A stretch of 713 nucleotides of DNA from Escherichia coli (GTDB lineage: Bacteria; Pseudomonadota; Gammaproteobacteria; Enterobacterales; Enterobacteriaceae): the NCBI RefSeq assembly GCF_003334305.1, contig NZ_QOWS01000071.1. One strand, 5' to 3'. Position numbers and translations under genes: made by a program. The notes beneath the pieces are model-generated. The model was not told the DNA's origin. It was given only the letters and a program-made list of their open reading frames with translations, and did not search any database. Every line of letters begins with the position of its first letter. The stretch's first letter is position 1. Shown here one piece after another: positions 1 to 713 of this stretch.

Positions 1-464
1 TTGTCATGCAGCTCCACCGATTTTGAGAACGACAGCGACTTCCGTCCCAGCCGTGCCAGGTGCTGCCTCAGATTCAGGTTATGCCGCTCAATTCGCTGCG
101 TATATCGCTTGCTGATTACGTGCAGCTTTCCCTTCAGGCGGGATTCATACAGCGGCCAGCCATCCGTCATCCATATCACCACGTCAAAGGGTGACAGCAG
201 GCTCATAAGACGCCCCAGCGTCGCCATAGTGCGTTCACCGAATACGTGCGCAACAACCGTCTTCCGGAGACTGTCATACGCGTAAAACAGCCAGCGCTGG
301 CGCGATTTAGCCCCGACATAGCCCCACTGTTCGTCCATTTCCGCGCAGACGATGACGTCACTGCCCGGCTGTATGCGCGAGGTTACCGACTGCGGCCTGA
401 GTTTTTTAAGTGACGTAAAATCGTGTTGAGGCCAACGCCCATAATGCGGGCAGTTACCCGGCAT
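1..464 (-). CDS. insB: InsB (the B' catalytic part of IS1 transposase), 3'-truncated by the window edge. Annotated ATG at 462-464; 154 complete codons in the window; last complete codon at 3-5 (GAC, Asp); positions 1-2 are the first two bases of the next codon.
   Basis: Manual minus-strand translation from the ATG at 462-464: [154 protein letters not shown], with no in-frame stop. This matches IS1 InsB as I recall it; full InsB is 167 aa, so about 13 codons plus the stop lie outside the window. Confidence 0.9.
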   Translation of the reverse strand, partial: MPGNCPHYGRWPQHDFTSLKKLRPQSVTSRIQPGSDVIVCAEMDEQWGYVGAKSRQRWLFYAYDSLRKTVVAHVFGERTMATLGRLMSLLSPFDVVIWMTDGWPLYESRLKGKLHVISKRYTQRIERHNLNLRQHLARLGRKSLSFSKSVELHD

Positions 465-658
465 CCAACGCCATTCATGGCCATATCAATGATTTTCTGG
501 TGCGTACCGGGTTGAGAAGCGGTGTAAGTGAACTGCAGTTGCCATGTTTTACGGCAGTGAGAGCAGAGATAGCGCTGATGTCCGGCGGTGCTTTTGCCGT
601 TACGCACCACCCCGTCAGTAGCTGAACAGGAGGGACAGCTGATAGAAACAGAAGCCAC
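1..658 (-). CDS. InsAB' transposase: the fusion product of the insA and insB' frames via the -1 frameshift at 401-407, 3'-partial in this window
   Basis: Inference from the intact insA frame, the intact A6C motif and the uninterrupted insB frame downstream, combined with the established IS1 expression mechanism. The fusion is not directly observable from sequence. Confidence 0.8.
383..658 (-). CDS. insA: InsA, the IS1 DNA-binding protein and transposition inhibitor/repressor, 91 aa, GTG start, TAA stop at 383-385
   Basis: Matches the six-frame [38 protein letters not shown]...[18 protein letters not shown]. It has an N-terminal CxxC...CxxC zinc-finger-like motif (C8, C11, C32, C35) and a C-terminal helix-turn-helix-like segment. 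The protein matches IS1 InsA as I recall it, at the expected IS1 coordinates 56-331. Confidence 0.95.
   Translation of the reverse strand: MASVSISCPSCSATDGVVRNGKSTAGHQRYLCSHCRKTWQLQFTYTASQPGTHQKIIDMAMNGVGCRVTARIMGVGLNTILRHLKNSGRSR
401..407 (-). other. Programmed -1 ribosomal frameshift slippery heptamer A6C (AAAAAAC) that fuses InsA to the InsB' frame
   Basis: Seen: plus-strand gtttttt at 401-407 reads AAAAAAC on the minus strand, within CAC TTA AAA AAC TCA near the end of insA. insA codons begin at positions congruent to 1 mod 3 and insB codons at positions congruent to 2 mod 3, so a -1 slip moves from the insA frame into the insB frame. Established knowledge: the IS1 transposase InsAB' is made by -1 frameshifting at this A6C run. 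Confidence 0.9.
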
Positions 659-665
659 TGGAGCA

Positions 666-669
666 CCTC
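666..669 (-). other. Ribosome-binding site (GAGG) for insA
   Basis: Seen: GAGG on the minus strand, 7 nt upstream of the insA GTG start codon at 656-658. Confidence 0.5.
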
Positions 670-689
670 AAAAACACCATCATACACTA

Positions 690-702
690 AATCAGTAAGT
701 TG
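690..702 (+). promoter_or_regulatory. Candidate IHF binding site inside IRL
   Basis: Seen: plus-strand AATCAGTAAGTTG matches the IHF consensus WATCAANNNNTTR with one mismatch (G for A at position 6). Established knowledge: IHF binds the ends of IS1. Site is predicted from the motif only. Confidence 0.4.
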
Positions 703-713
703 GCAGCATCACC
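691..713 (-). repeat. IS1 left terminal inverted repeat (IRL), about 23 bp
   Basis: Window 691-713 is atcagtaagttggcagcatcacc; its reverse complement GGTGATGCTGCCAACTTACTGAT is the canonical IS1 end. The matching IRR is outside the window, so the inverted pairing cannot be checked here. Confidence 0.9.

Larger units (their letters stand above)
1..713 (-). mobile_element. Insertion sequence IS1, partial: IS1 positions 1-713 of about 768. The window cuts off the 55 bp carrying the insB 3' end and the right inverted repeat.
   Basis: Seen in sequence: the reverse complement of window 691-713 is GGTGATGCTGCCAACTTACTGAT, the IS1 terminal inverted repeat. Gene order on the minus strand is IRL, insA, A6C frameshift motif, insB. 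insA falls at IS1 coordinates 56-331, which is the position I recall from the literature for this element. Isoform (IS1A/B/D/F/R etc.) cannot be assigned without alignment. Confidence 0.95.
659..713 (-). promoter_or_regulatory. insA promoter/operator region overlapping IRL; candidate -10 hexamer TATGAT at window 679-684 (minus strand)
   Basis: Seen: TATGAT on the minus strand at 679-684, about 20 nt upstream of the insA GTG. No good TTGACA-like -35 is evident at 15-18 bp spacing (best are GCTGCC/CTGCCA). Established knowledge: the IS1 insA promoter lies partly within IRL and is repressed by InsA binding to the IR. Exact promoter elements are inferred. Confidence 0.5.

Noticed and set aside
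1-285. Plus-strand ORF of 94 aa (TTG start, [10 protein letters not shown]...)
   Set aside because: It lies entirely antisense to the well-supported insB frame inside IS1, has a non-ATG start at the window edge, and has a Cys/Arg-rich low-complexity composition typical of antisense reading of a coding region. Only insA and insB/insAB' are established IS1 genes.
475-687. Minus-strand ORF of 70 aa ([10 protein letters not shown]...) overlapping insA in another frame
   Set aside because: It overlaps insA almost completely in an alternative frame and starts inside the promoter/IRL-proximal region. It is most likely a spurious overlapping frame within a compact IS element.
659-690. A strong sigma70 -35 element paired with the TATGAT -10
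   Set aside because: No convincing TTGACA-like hexamer sits at 15-18 bp spacing upstream of TATGAT, so I report only the -10 and the general promoter region rather than a fully defined promoter.
1-713. Possibility of a novel or undescribed biological system in this window
   Set aside because: The whole window is explained base-for-base by the canonical IS1 architecture. I see no CRISPR repeats, RNA genes, unexplained ORFs or cargo genes.

Overview
The entire 713-bp window is the well-known insertion sequence IS1 (IS1 family, 768 bp in full), lying in reverse orientation on the minus strand. Window position 713 is IS1 position 1 (outer end of the left inverted repeat, IRL), and window position 1 is IS1 position 713. 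The last 55 bp of the element, carrying the end of insB and the right inverted repeat, lie beyond the window start. Reading the minus strand gives an intact insA (91 aa, GTG start), the A6C -1 frameshift heptamer, and an insB frame open for 154 codons until it runs off the window edge. There is no flanking host or cargo DNA in the window, and I see nothing that supports a novel or undescribed system. The provided ORF track misses insB because it has no stop inside the window.
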